Positions 6,791-16,362 of a stretch of DNA of 64,000 bases are shown one piece after another. The notes beneath the pieces were generated by a model. The model was not told the DNA's origin. It saw only the letters and a list, made by a program, of their open reading frames with translations, and searched no databases. The stretch spans positions 64,001 through 128,000 of IMG/VR virus record IMGVR_UViG_3300021963_000025. The stretch is one strand, 5' to 3'. Both the position numbers and the translations under genes were made by a program. The DNA is from a virus. Lineage: Duplodnaviria > Heunggongvirae > Uroviricota > Caudoviricetes. Every line of letters starts with the position of its first letter. Positions within the stretch are counted from its first letter, which is position 1.

Positions 6791-9211
6791 ATGCCACAAG
6801 ATAATTTACAAAATTCTGGTGAAAGAGGACCTCAGGGTAAATACAATCCATTGTATCCTGGAGAGCTTGGAAGAGCACTATTTCACCCAGAAATGGATTA
6901 CAACTTGGACCTTATTGGACAAGTAATTCATGGATATAGAGTGATGGGAACCAACAATGATGGAACCATTAATATCAATGATGATGTTGATAAGGTACTT
7001 AAATTACACTTGGTAACTGTTGATGATACTGCCCTAATATTAGCTGGAGCTGAAATTGGTGACTATGTTTGGATTCCAATTGAAGTTACGCAGAATTTAG
7101 GACCTCAAGGATATCAAGGTCGTCAAGGTGCACAAGGTCGTCAAGGTGCGCAAGGAGCACAAGGAGCGCAAGGTAGACAAGGTACACAAGGAAATCAAGG
7201 AAATCAAGGACCTTCGGCAGTAGGTACACCCGGATCACCTGGAAGTGCTGGACCTCAAGGAGCTACAGGACCTCAAGGGGTACAAGGTGCTACCGGACCA
7301 CAAGGAACCCAAGGTTTAGTTGGAAATTACGGTGGAGACAGTTTACGATTCTTAGTTGGAAATTATAATGGAAGTTCTGCGGCTTCTGGAGCAATTACGT
7401 TCAGTAACATACTTACTCCACCTGCACCGAACCTCGATATTATTGTAAGTAATTTTGATGCAGATGGCGCTAACACATATGCTTGGTTTACTAGTATGGT
7501 TTCACAAGGAGGTCGTATAAGAATTACCAGACCAGGTAGAACAACAGAATACATAGACTACACAATAGATAGTGGAAGTACGGGAGGAAATACAACGCTT
7601 AACCTATCATACGTTGGAGGGACTATAACTGCAATCGGATCGGTATGGCCAGTAGGTACTGAACTTATAGTGTCCTATGCAAAGTCAGGAGAACAGGGAA
7701 ATAAAGGTGGCCTCTTATATGAATATAACGGAGGAATGTCTTTTAATGATCCGGATGCTTCTTTAACCACAAGTATTACGTTTAATGAAATTACTGAGGA
7801 TGGCGCTAATGTTGGAGACTACATAAATAATTGGTATGTTGGAGGAACTCTTTTTATACAGAGTAATACCAATGGAGATTCAACGTATACGATGTTCAAC
7901 GTTACAGGAGTAACAATTGATTCAATATTTCCATCAGGGTTTCAATACATCGTTGATGTTAATTATCTTGGAGGTAGTGCACCTACAACTGGTGAAATAT
8001 GCGTTGCTAATTTTAGTCCGGCAGGACCTCAAGGAGCCCAAGGTGTTCAAGGAGCACAAGGAGTCCAAGGTGCTCAAGGTCGTCAAGGAACACAAGGACC
8101 TCAAGGAGTTCAAGGATCAGTAGGAACTGGAACAACAGGACCTCAAGGAGACCAAGGACCTACAGGTTCAGGTTCATCTTTTACGTATGCAAAAACTCTT
8201 TTTGTTGACCCTAATGGAGATGACAGTATCGCTATTCCCGGAAGATTAGACAGACCGTGGCAACATATATCCGAAGCAATCCAATTTCTAGAAGCAGATT
8301 CTAGAGTTGGATGGACTATTTGGGTATTTCCAGGTGAATACACTGAAGACACCCCGTGGACATTTTTTGCTTCTAGCCAAACAACAGTTAAATTAAATGG
8401 AGGTGTTTCTATAGTATTTGACCTAAAGAATTATTCTGAACATGTAATAGAAGGAAATAATGATTTTTCAATAATTGGAGACGATAGAAGTATTGGCGGA
8501 GGTTTACCTAATGTAAGTATTACAACAAAAACAAGTAGCGAAGTGTTTGCTCCACCTATAATGTTAGTTAAATTATCTAGAAAAGATAAAAAATGTAGAA
8601 TTTCTAATGTTTCCCTTATAGGAGGTGAAAGTAAATATGCATTTATGTTAATAAATGCAGATAATCAAATCATACACGTTACAGATTGTTACATATACTC
8701 ACTGGAAAATAACATTAGAGTCTTGGACGAAACTCTTATTCCAAAGGTAGCAATCACTAATAGTATTCTTGTAAATGGTGATATAAATAATGCAAATCAA
8801 TTTGCAAATATAGTTACTAGACAAAATTACACAGTAGATCCAGGTGATACAAATTTTAATGGTATTTGGAACTTTGAAAATGTAAGATTTGTTATCCTTT
8901 GTATTAAGGCAGGTTCAATAGCTTATACTGAAAAGGGTCACATATTTTCAAATAATCAACAATCAACCAAAGGAGGTATGTATGTTACGTTCAGTAGTTG
9001 TAAATTTTATTGTTCATGGTGGAAATCAATTCAAGGAAATTGGGCTGATGAAGGAACTGGTGGAATAAACTTTATTGAAATAGTGGGAACAACTCTATCT
9101 AATGCAGATGCAAGTTACTGGACAAGTGGAGTTACATGGACTGAACTTGGAAATATAGGTTTTATAGTTAATCGAGCTGATATAATCGATCCAACCATAT
9201 TACTATTATAA
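6791..9211 (+). CDS. Collagen-like tail fibre/whisker protein
   Basis: G-x-Q triplet blocks; N-terminal LFHPEMDYNL anchor-like motif; beta-rich C-terminus; TATAAATA at 6771. Confidence 0.8.
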   Translation: MPQDNLQNSGERGPQGKYNPLYPGELGRALFHPEMDYNLDLIGQVIHGYRVMGTNNDGTININDDVDKVLKLHLVTVDDTALILAGAEIGDYVWIPIEVTQNLGPQGYQGRQGAQGRQGAQGAQGAQGRQGTQGNQGNQGPSAVGTPGSPGSAGPQGATGPQGVQGATGPQGTQGLVGNYGGDSLRFLVGNYNGSSAASGAITFSNILTPPAPNLDIIVSNFDADGANTYAWFTSMVSQGGRIRITRPGRTTEYIDYTIDSGSTGGNTTLNLSYVGGTITAIGSVWPVGTELIVSYAKSGEQGNKGGLLYEYNGGMSFNDPDASLTTSITFNEITEDGANVGDYINNWYVGGTLFIQSNTNGDSTYTMFNVTGVTIDSIFPSGFQYIVDVNYLGGSAPTTGEICVANFSPAGPQGAQGVQGAQGVQGAQGRQGTQGPQGVQGSVGTGTTGPQGDQGPTGSGSSFTYAKTLFVDPNGDDSIAIPGRLDRPWQHISEAIQFLEADSRVGWTIWVFPGEYTEDTPWTFFASSQTTVKLNGGVSIVFDLKNYSEHVIEGNNDFSIIGDDRSIGGGLPNVSITTKTSSEVFAPPIMLVKLSRKDKKCRISNVSLIGGESKYAFMLINADNQIIHVTDCYIYSLENNIRVLDETLIPKVAITNSILVNGDINNANQFANIVTRQNYTVDPGDTNFNGIWNFENVRFVILCIKAGSIAYTEKGHIFSNNQQSTKGGMYVTFSSCKFYCSWWKSIQGNWADEGTGGINFIEIVGTTLSNADASYWTSGVTWTELGNIGFIVNRADIIDPTILLL

Positions 9212-9215
9212 TACT

Positions 9216-9238
9216 AAAGGCCCTTAAGGGCCTTTTTT
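9216..9238 (+). terminator. Rho-independent terminator
   Basis: aaaggccc-ttaa-gggccttt followed by a T-tract. Confidence 0.85.
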
Positions 9239-9278
9239 AAACTTTTTAGGACGGCTTCATATAATATTAAACAATTGT

Positions 9279-9941
9279 ATGAATCAAAAAGCACTAGACC
9301 GTATCTCTTTAAAAATAACCGATGAGGTTTTTGCACACTGGAATCTTGACTGGAATTTGGGCAAAACCCATTCAAACTTTTACAAACAAATCAAGAGAAA
9401 GGGACTTGAGTTTGATATTGATGCAACCATTTATTTTGATAAGGTAGAAGACCAACCAATTGAAGGATTTATTTCATTTGACACTACAGGAGCCGACTCT
9501 AGAGACTTTGATGATGACGGCAACCCTCAAACACCTTTTATAATTATCGACTTTGGTATTGAAAATGGTTGGCTACCTCAATATTTTACTGAACTCTATG
9601 CACATCTTGTAGACGTTGTCCGACACGAGGTGGAACATATAACCCAAGGTGGTGAGAGTATTGGTAACTACCAACCTGGCAAGCCCTCTGATGATGATTC
9701 TATAGAACGTGAATTGATACACCAAGGGTTTCTTCCTCAATCAACCTACTTAATGCTACCCAAAGAGGTAGATGCAAATCTTGAAGGACTGCGATTAGAA
9801 TCACAAGTTCGCGGAGAAAAGATGATAAATACTTTAAATAGATATTTAGACTCACAAGGCTTAAACCAAGACGAAAGAATACAAGTGGTCCAACTTTGGA
9901 GAAATCGAGCTAAAAAAATTAGAGCAATTCCGGAATTTTAA
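9279..9941 (+). CDS. Hypothetical protein with an HExxH (zincin-like) motif
   Basis: VRHEVEHITQ and downstream KEVDA. Confidence 0.5.
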   Translation: MNQKALDRISLKITDEVFAHWNLDWNLGKTHSNFYKQIKRKGLEFDIDATIYFDKVEDQPIEGFISFDTTGADSRDFDDDGNPQTPFIIIDFGIENGWLPQYFTELYAHLVDVVRHEVEHITQGGESIGNYQPGKPSDDDSIERELIHQGFLPQSTYLMLPKEVDANLEGLRLESQVRGEKMINTLNRYLDSQGLNQDERIQVVQLWRNRAKKIRAIPEF

Positions 9942-9966
9942 ATATCGATAAATATACAAAAAACCA

Positions 9967-10266
9967 ATGAATTTAGTATTTCAAGGTACAATTGACGTAT
10001 CAAGTGGAACTCAAATAGATTGTGCGTATGACAATATGCTGATTTCCTTAATGGTTATCAATAACCAAACCGGAAATTATACTCTTACGGTTAAAAGACT
10101 AGAAACTGAGGCCGGAGGTTTAGAAACACTTCTTTATAAATTTCTATTAGACAATGGAGATTCTGTTAGGGACACAACCCAATATAAAATGTCTAAAGGT
10201 GATTATATTCATCTGGAATCTACTCAAGCCGACACAACTTATTATATCTCAGCAGAAGTAGAATGA
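9967..10266 (+). CDS. Small beta-rich protein, probably structural
   Basis: Follows GATAAATA (9947); overlaps the fibre gene start. Confidence 0.55.
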   Translation: MNLVFQGTIDVSSGTQIDCAYDNMLISLMVINNQTGNYTLTVKRLETEAGGLETLLYKFLLDNGDSVRDTTQYKMSKGDYIHLESTQADTTYYISAEVE

Positions 10267-12830
10267 TACAAAGACAGGACAAATATGGAAATACCAGCAC
10301 AGACCTTGGTCCAGTATTAGTTTATGACAAATATGGTAAACTAAAAAAGATAGGAGGATCCGGAGGTTCAGGAACACAAGGTCCGCAAGGACCTGCAGGT
10401 GGACCACAAGGGGTACAAGGTGCTCAAGGATTTCAAGGTCGACAAGGTGTTCAAGGAGATATTGGTGCTCAAGGGTATCAAGGAGACCAGGGATATCAAG
10501 GTGCTCAAGGTAACATAGGAGATCAGGGAACTCAAGGAGTTCAAGGTGATATTGGACCTCAAGGACGTCAAGGAACTCAAGGCGTTCAAGGTAACCAAGG
10601 AGTTCAAGGTAACCAAGGAGTACAAGGAGCATTGGGACCTCAAGGAGCCCAAGGAACTCAAGGTGTTCAAGGTGTTCAAGGAATACAAGGAGCATTAGGA
10701 CCTCAAGGTGCCCAAGGAACACAAGGTGTTCAAGGTGTTCAAGGTAACCAAGGAGTACAAGGAGCATTAGGACCTCAAGGAGCCCAAGGAACTCAAGGTG
10801 TTCAGGGAGTTCAAGGAACCCAAGGTAACCAAGGAGTTCAGGGAGACCAGGGAAATAGTGGTATCTCAGCAGGTGCCGTTTATTACTTTAATCAATCTCA
10901 ATCTTCTGATGTTTCACCATATAAGGTATTAGCAACACAACCAAATGGAGCACAACAAATAGTTACAACTAATTTAACAGGTTCTCAACAAAATGTACTA
11001 GTTTCACAATTTTTAACACCTCAATTAGGTTTTGCTGTAATTCCAGGAGGAACCCAAAGATTCCATTTTCATTATCTTAAACAGGCTTCAAATGATAGTA
11101 TTGAGACTTATGTAACAATACAATTAGCCAATTCTTCCGGGGTTGCAATTGGACCAGTTATTCAAACAGGTACTGATTTAATTGGATGGGTTGATGCATC
11201 CACTCCAGTAGAAATTACATTAGATTTAACCCTATCTACAACAGCAATTGATCCGACAAATCGAATGATCGTTAAGATATATTTAATGAATAATGATAGT
11301 AATGCCCATGTTGTTAATTGGTACACCGAGGGAAATCAATACTATGCATTTGTTATGACGTCTGTTGGTGTTGTTGGAAATCAAGGAGCTACAGGACCTC
11401 AAGGTTCTCAGGGAACTCAAGGTGTTCAGGGAGTACAAGGAGTCCAAGGTGATATTGGCCCTCAAGGTGTAATAGGACCGCAAGGTGCACAAGGAACGCA
11501 AGGAGTTGCTGGAGCCCAAGGTACAACAGGAGCCCAAGGACCACAAGGAGTTCAGGGAACTCAAGGAGTTCAAGGTGTCCAAGGAATTCTTGGTAACTTT
11601 GGAGGAGATTCTGTTTTAATGACAATGAATGGTTACACTGGCTTCTCCGGAGGTATGGCACCCGGTATTATTGAATTTTGGAATGGTACAAATCCTGCAA
11701 CAACTACTCAATTAGCTATTAGTAATACTGATGCACAAGGAGGTAACATTACTAATTGGAATAATGCCCTGGTAAGTAGTACTAATCCAATTAAAGGTAG
11801 TTTAAGAATAAGTGTTAATGGTTCTTCAAATAATTATGCAGATTATCAAATAAATTCAGGAACCAATAGCACAGGTCGTGAAGTATTGGATGTTACTTAT
11901 ATAGGAAGCAATGGTACTATATCTACAGGAGATTCTTTGGTTGTTTCTTTTGCTAGAAGTGGAGACTTTGGTCCTCAAGGACCTGGTGCATCAATTGTTG
12001 CTAGTGACTATGTAATGAAAGCAGTTAAAGGTGGTAGTACGCAAACAATATTAAACAACAATAACAATCAAGTTATAACATTTGTTGATGATTTTGACCC
12101 TCAAAACTGGTGGACTTCTAATAAGTTTCAACCAACAATCACAGGTTATTACATTTTGCAACTTGCAGTATGGTGGGATGCTGGAGCCATTACAACTAAC
12201 CAAACAAATATACAGTTGCAAAAGAATGGTAATACTCAAGTGGCTATTCAACAAACTCAAATTGTTACTGGTGCAGGATACGGACAAGAAATTGATACTA
12301 TAGTATATTTTAATGGAACTACTGATTATGTTGAAGCTACGGCATACACTGGAAATACAACATCACAAAATATAAATGGTACCAATACAGGTACATGGTT
12401 TACCGCATCACTAATAACAAATGGTACAGGACCTCAAGGGTTCCAAGGACCTACTGGAGTAACACCTTCAATTCCAAGAAGTTTTGGAATTACAATGGAC
12501 GGTGCAGGTACGGTTATATCAACAGGAATCCAAGGAGACATACAAATACCATATTCAATGACTATTGACTCTTGGAGCCTTATTTCCGATGTTGTTGGTT
12601 CAATTGTGGTAGATGTTTGGAAAGATACTTACGCAAATTATCCAGCAACTATTGCAGATACTATAACAGGTTCAGCAAAACCAACAATATCTTCTAGTAA
12701 TAAAGCCCAAAGTTCAACACTAACAGGATGGACAACATCTGTTAATGCTGGCGATATAATAAGATTCAATGTCGATTCAGTTTCGACAATAACAAAAGCA
12801 ACCCTAATAATACAAGGCTTACAAGTATGA
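10263..12830 (+). CDS. Collagen-like fibre protein with a C1q-like domain
   Basis: Long G-x-Q tracts; ITGYYILQLAVWW..IQLQKNG..VYFNGTTDYVE C1q-like segment. Confidence 0.8.
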   Translation: MIQRQDKYGNTSTDLGPVLVYDKYGKLKKIGGSGGSGTQGPQGPAGGPQGVQGAQGFQGRQGVQGDIGAQGYQGDQGYQGAQGNIGDQGTQGVQGDIGPQGRQGTQGVQGNQGVQGNQGVQGALGPQGAQGTQGVQGVQGIQGALGPQGAQGTQGVQGVQGNQGVQGALGPQGAQGTQGVQGVQGTQGNQGVQGDQGNSGISAGAVYYFNQSQSSDVSPYKVLATQPNGAQQIVTTNLTGSQQNVLVSQFLTPQLGFAVIPGGTQRFHFHYLKQASNDSIETYVTIQLANSSGVAIGPVIQTGTDLIGWVDASTPVEITLDLTLSTTAIDPTNRMIVKIYLMNNDSNAHVVNWYTEGNQYYAFVMTSVGVVGNQGATGPQGSQGTQGVQGVQGVQGDIGPQGVIGPQGAQGTQGVAGAQGTTGAQGPQGVQGTQGVQGVQGILGNFGGDSVLMTMNGYTGFSGGMAPGIIEFWNGTNPATTTQLAISNTDAQGGNITNWNNALVSSTNPIKGSLRISVNGSSNNYADYQINSGTNSTGREVLDVTYIGSNGTISTGDSLVVSFARSGDFGPQGPGASIVASDYVMKAVKGGSTQTILNNNNNQVITFVDDFDPQNWWTSNKFQPTITGYYILQLAVWWDAGAITTNQTNIQLQKNGNTQVAIQQTQIVTGAGYGQEIDTIVYFNGTTDYVEATAYTGNTTSQNINGTNTGTWFTASLITNGTGPQGFQGPTGVTPSIPRSFGITMDGAGTVISTGIQGDIQIPYSMTIDSWSLISDVVGSIVVDVWKDTYANYPATIADTITGSAKPTISSSNKAQSSTLTGWTTSVNAGDIIRFNVDSVSTITKATLIIQGLQV

Positions 12831-13039
12831 TAGCAATATATTTGAATAGATATGATGATTTACCATTAACCTATTTTGATTTGGCATTTAATGAGAATGA
12901 CGTTCAAACGCTAAGACTTGGAGGAGTTCCTTTCAACGAAGGATTTTCTGAACAAGATATGATTGATAGAGCAACAGAGATATTTGAAGGTAATTTTTCA
13001 ACTGTAGCATATCAATTAACTGAAATAATAACCCAATAA
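12827..13039 (+). CDS. Hypothetical protein
   Basis: 70-aa ORF translationally coupled on both sides. Confidence 0.6.
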   Translation: MIAIYLNRYDDLPLTYFDLAFNENDVQTLRLGGVPFNEGFSEQDMIDRATEIFEGNFSTVAYQLTEIITQ

Positions 13040-16000
13040 TGGCCACACTACTATCAATACAATCTGGTAACCTTTTAGATGCTTCTACATGGGCATTAGT
13101 TGATTCTACTTCATTTCTAGAAACCAGAACTACTGAACAAGCATTAACTACTGTCCAAACTAATGCAAGTGCTGCATTTATACCTGGTACAATAACGGTT
13201 GCGGGAGTAGCTGTGCAGGTAGGTACTAGATTGGCTGCTCCTACTGGGACAATGACTATAAGATTATACAATAATACGGCCGCTGCAGTTGTAAAAGACG
13301 TAGTGATTAACGTTACAGATTTGCCAAGTACGAATGGTACACTAAATGGATGCATTGTTGGTTGGACTTATTTTAAATTTGACACTAGTGTTACCTTAAT
13401 TGCAGGAAATCAATATTCAATTAGGGCATTTTCTTCGGTAAATAGCCAAGTAACTCTCTATAGAAATGCTGTAACTGGTAACTGGAACAGGGCTCTTGTT
13501 ACTACTACAACACAGGCACCTGTTGCTGCCGATGTTTTAATAACAGCAGGTGCGTATACGTCTGTTGGTGTTAATTCCAGCGTGACTGTTACCATGAATA
13601 GTACTTCTTTAGCAACTCAATATGGAAACTGTTATGTTGGAAGCAATGGAACCCTAAATTATGGAGTTGCGCCATCTACAAATTATGGTTTAAGATTGGC
13701 TGGAGATTTATGGATAGGTCGAGGAGGTACCTTTACGATTGGAACAGCCGCTAATCCAATACCTGCAACCTCTACTGCAATCCTAGAAATAAACTGTACT
13801 ACACCACTTCAATATCAGATAATTCAATTTGGTACTCTTGAAACAAAATACGAAACAACAGTACTACATAGAGCACTCCTAAATGCAGATATTGCAGTTG
13901 GTGCAACTTCAATGACGACTGATGTTTCTACTGGATGGAAACAAAACGATGTAATCGTTATTCCAAGTACGACAAGAACAACAACACAATTTGAAAGAGT
14001 TACACTAAGCGCAAATGCTTCTGGTACTTCGTTATCACATAATGCAACAACATACGCGCATGATGGGAATGCTGCAATTTATATACAAGCAGACCTTGCT
14101 AATCTTACTAGAAACATAAAAATAAGAAGTGTAAGTAGTACAAATAGAACCCGTTTTCGTCCGGGTTTATTAGGTGTAACAAATTTATTTGATGTTGAGT
14201 TTTTTGAAATGGGTTCTAATACACATGCATCTGGAACCGCGCAATATACTGGAACTTTAAATGTGCAACAATGTACATTTTGGCAAATAGCGTCTCCAGG
14301 TACAACAATATTGTTTGCAAACATTAATATTACTACATATGACGTATCTAATAATGTTTTTTATAATTATTCTGAATTCACTTCAACAATTAATAATAAT
14401 AATTTAATAATCGGATTCACTGGATTTGCCGCAATTAGCCAGGCTGCAATTGGTAACAATAATGTTATATCATCATGTAGCCAGGCAGGATACTCTGGAA
14501 CTATGTACGGATCAACAACAGGAAATCGATTTTATGCAACAGCTGGAAACGGAGCTTGGTATGCTACAAGTAATTCTCTTGGACATACTATTAGCAATAC
14601 TGTATTTTTTAATAATTCTCAAGCAATACGATACATACCCTCAACTGCTACAACTGCTTCAGATAGAACAGTATTTGATAAATTTGAAAATTGTTATTTT
14701 TATGGAAATGTAACTAATATTGATATAATTGCTTCCGGAAACGTAACAAATATGAGGAGATTATGGTTTAACAATTGTTTCTTTTGGGGAGGTAAAACAG
14801 GACTTTTAACAGCAATAGGGTATGCTCCATTTGCCGGAGACTATACACATTTTTCAAATTGTACATTTGGAAGAATGCCAATCGGAACTGATAGTTTTTT
14901 TACAACTTCATGTTTAAGAGGCGGTCATTATGGTTCTACTTTAACAAATTGCTTGTTTTATGGAACACAATACTCTTTCGTATCGCAAAATTTTTTTAGT
15001 ACGGTTCATGGTTTTAATGGACTGATATCTCTAAAACATAATGGAACAATCAATGAATACCGACTTGCTCAAAGTAACGGTCTAATACAAAATGACAACG
15101 TAATTACGTATAATGGAAATCCAAGTATAAGAATAACTCCTGCAGTATTAACAAATAAGACATTTTCAAGTCCTGTTAGGGTTGCTATTAAATCAGGAGA
15201 GACTTGTAATGTCTCAGTTGCAATTAGAAGATCGGTTCCCGCTGATGGTAGTATATACAATGGAGTTGCGCCTCGTCTAATGTATGCTTTTAATCCTCTT
15301 GCTGGAAATTTAACAGAAACTGTCGGAGCATCATATACAAATAACAATTTAATTAGTTATACACAAACTCTTGTCACAGGCTGGACCCAATCACAGTGTT
15401 TTGCTACACAAAATGCTACAATTGCCCCGAATGGTGAATTAGACGGTGATAAAATAATTCCATTTGGGACTACATCAGAACATCCTCTTTATCCAAATAT
15501 TGGATCGCCTGCTCTAGGTAATACTGAAACATACAGTGTATACGCAAAAGCTGGAGGATATAATTATCTAGGATTAAGGGTTCAGATATCTGGCGTTTGG
15601 AGTGTATCTTTTTTTAATTTAGCAACTGGGGTAATATCAACATCAAGTCCAAGCTTTATTTCAACAGATATTACAAGCGTTGGTAATGGATGGTACCGTT
15701 GTTCAATAACTTATGCAAATAGAAGTGTTGCCGGATTCCAAATTATACCAGCCCCTTCGGAACTGGTCACTTTTACAGGAAATAGTGTTGATGGTATCTT
15801 TGTATGGGGTGCAAAACTAGAAGTAGGAACATTAACTGATTATGTACCAGATGGAACATGGGAGACCCTGTCATACACAACACCTCCTGTCAATAATGAT
15901 TCAGTTTTAGAATTTTATGTAGATTGTGATGGCGTTACAGGTTGGATTAATATTGATAACTTTAAAACAACAACATCAAACGATACTAAAAGTATGAATT

Positions 16001-16074
16001 ATTGGTCAACTGTTGGAGTTTATGCAGAACCTGATTGGAGAAAACCAGGTGGAACTGTAACCTTTGTAAATTAA
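13039..16074 (+). CDS. Large tail/adhesin protein (G8-like domain, beta-helix, carbohydrate-binding-like domains)
   Basis: GGTFTIGTAANPIP and NLTRNIKIRS (G8/beta-helix pattern); N/T/S-rich repeats; VGNGWYRCSIT domain. Confidence 0.65.
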   Translation: MATLLSIQSGNLLDASTWALVDSTSFLETRTTEQALTTVQTNASAAFIPGTITVAGVAVQVGTRLAAPTGTMTIRLYNNTAAAVVKDVVINVTDLPSTNGTLNGCIVGWTYFKFDTSVTLIAGNQYSIRAFSSVNSQVTLYRNAVTGNWNRALVTTTTQAPVAADVLITAGAYTSVGVNSSVTVTMNSTSLATQYGNCYVGSNGTLNYGVAPSTNYGLRLAGDLWIGRGGTFTIGTAANPIPATSTAILEINCTTPLQYQIIQFGTLETKYETTVLHRALLNADIAVGATSMTTDVSTGWKQNDVIVIPSTTRTTTQFERVTLSANASGTSLSHNATTYAHDGNAAIYIQADLANLTRNIKIRSVSSTNRTRFRPGLLGVTNLFDVEFFEMGSNTHASGTAQYTGTLNVQQCTFWQIASPGTTILFANINITTYDVSNNVFYNYSEFTSTINNNNLIIGFTGFAAISQAAIGNNNVISSCSQAGYSGTMYGSTTGNRFYATAGNGAWYATSNSLGHTISNTVFFNNSQAIRYIPSTATTASDRTVFDKFENCYFYGNVTNIDIIASGNVTNMRRLWFNNCFFWGGKTGLLTAIGYAPFAGDYTHFSNCTFGRMPIGTDSFFTTSCLRGGHYGSTLTNCLFYGTQYSFVSQNFFSTVHGFNGLISLKHNGTINEYRLAQSNGLIQNDNVITYNGNPSIRITPAVLTNKTFSSPVRVAIKSGETCNVSVAIRRSVPADGSIYNGVAPRLMYAFNPLAGNLTETVGASYTNNNLISYTQTLVTGWTQSQCFATQNATIAPNGELDGDKIIPFGTTSEHPLYPNIGSPALGNTETYSVYAKAGGYNYLGLRVQISGVWSVSFFNLATGVISTSSPSFISTDITSVGNGWYRCSITYANRSVAGFQIIPAPSELVTFTGNSVDGIFVWGAKLEVGTLTDYVPDGTWETLSYTTPPVNNDSVLEFYVDCDGVTGWINIDNFKTTTSNDTKSMNYWSTVGVYAEPDWRKPGGTVTFVN

Positions 16075-16113
16075 ACAGATATATACCTTATAAAAAATAA
16101 TTAAACAATAAAG

Positions 16114-16362
16114 ATGGCAACAAAAGTTTGGAAGGTTGATAATCAACTAAGAATAGAAACAGATGGTGTAACAACCTATGGAAATGCAGCACTTTACTCA
16201 ATTTTAGAATTTACCGCAACATCAGTTACGTTAATCTATTCAGGAGTTTCTAACATCTCTACAAAAACTACAATTAATTTTACAGATTTTCAAGATGATG
16301 CTGAAGTACCTTATACAACAGAAGCTGCCATTGCAGATTATTTAGCACCACTAATTGGATGA
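16114..16362 (+). CDS. Hypothetical small protein, probably structural
   Basis: GATATATA at 16078; stop overlaps the next start. Confidence 0.55.
   Translation: MATKVWKVDNQLRIETDGVTTYGNAALYSILEFTATSVTLIYSGVSNISTKTTINFTDFQDDAEVPYTTEAAIADYLAPLIG

Noticed and set aside
10249-11661. Antisense ORFs over the collagen gene (10249, 10368, 11283, 11389)
   Set aside because: Artefacts of G-x-Q codon periodicity, with low-complexity Leu/Ser translations
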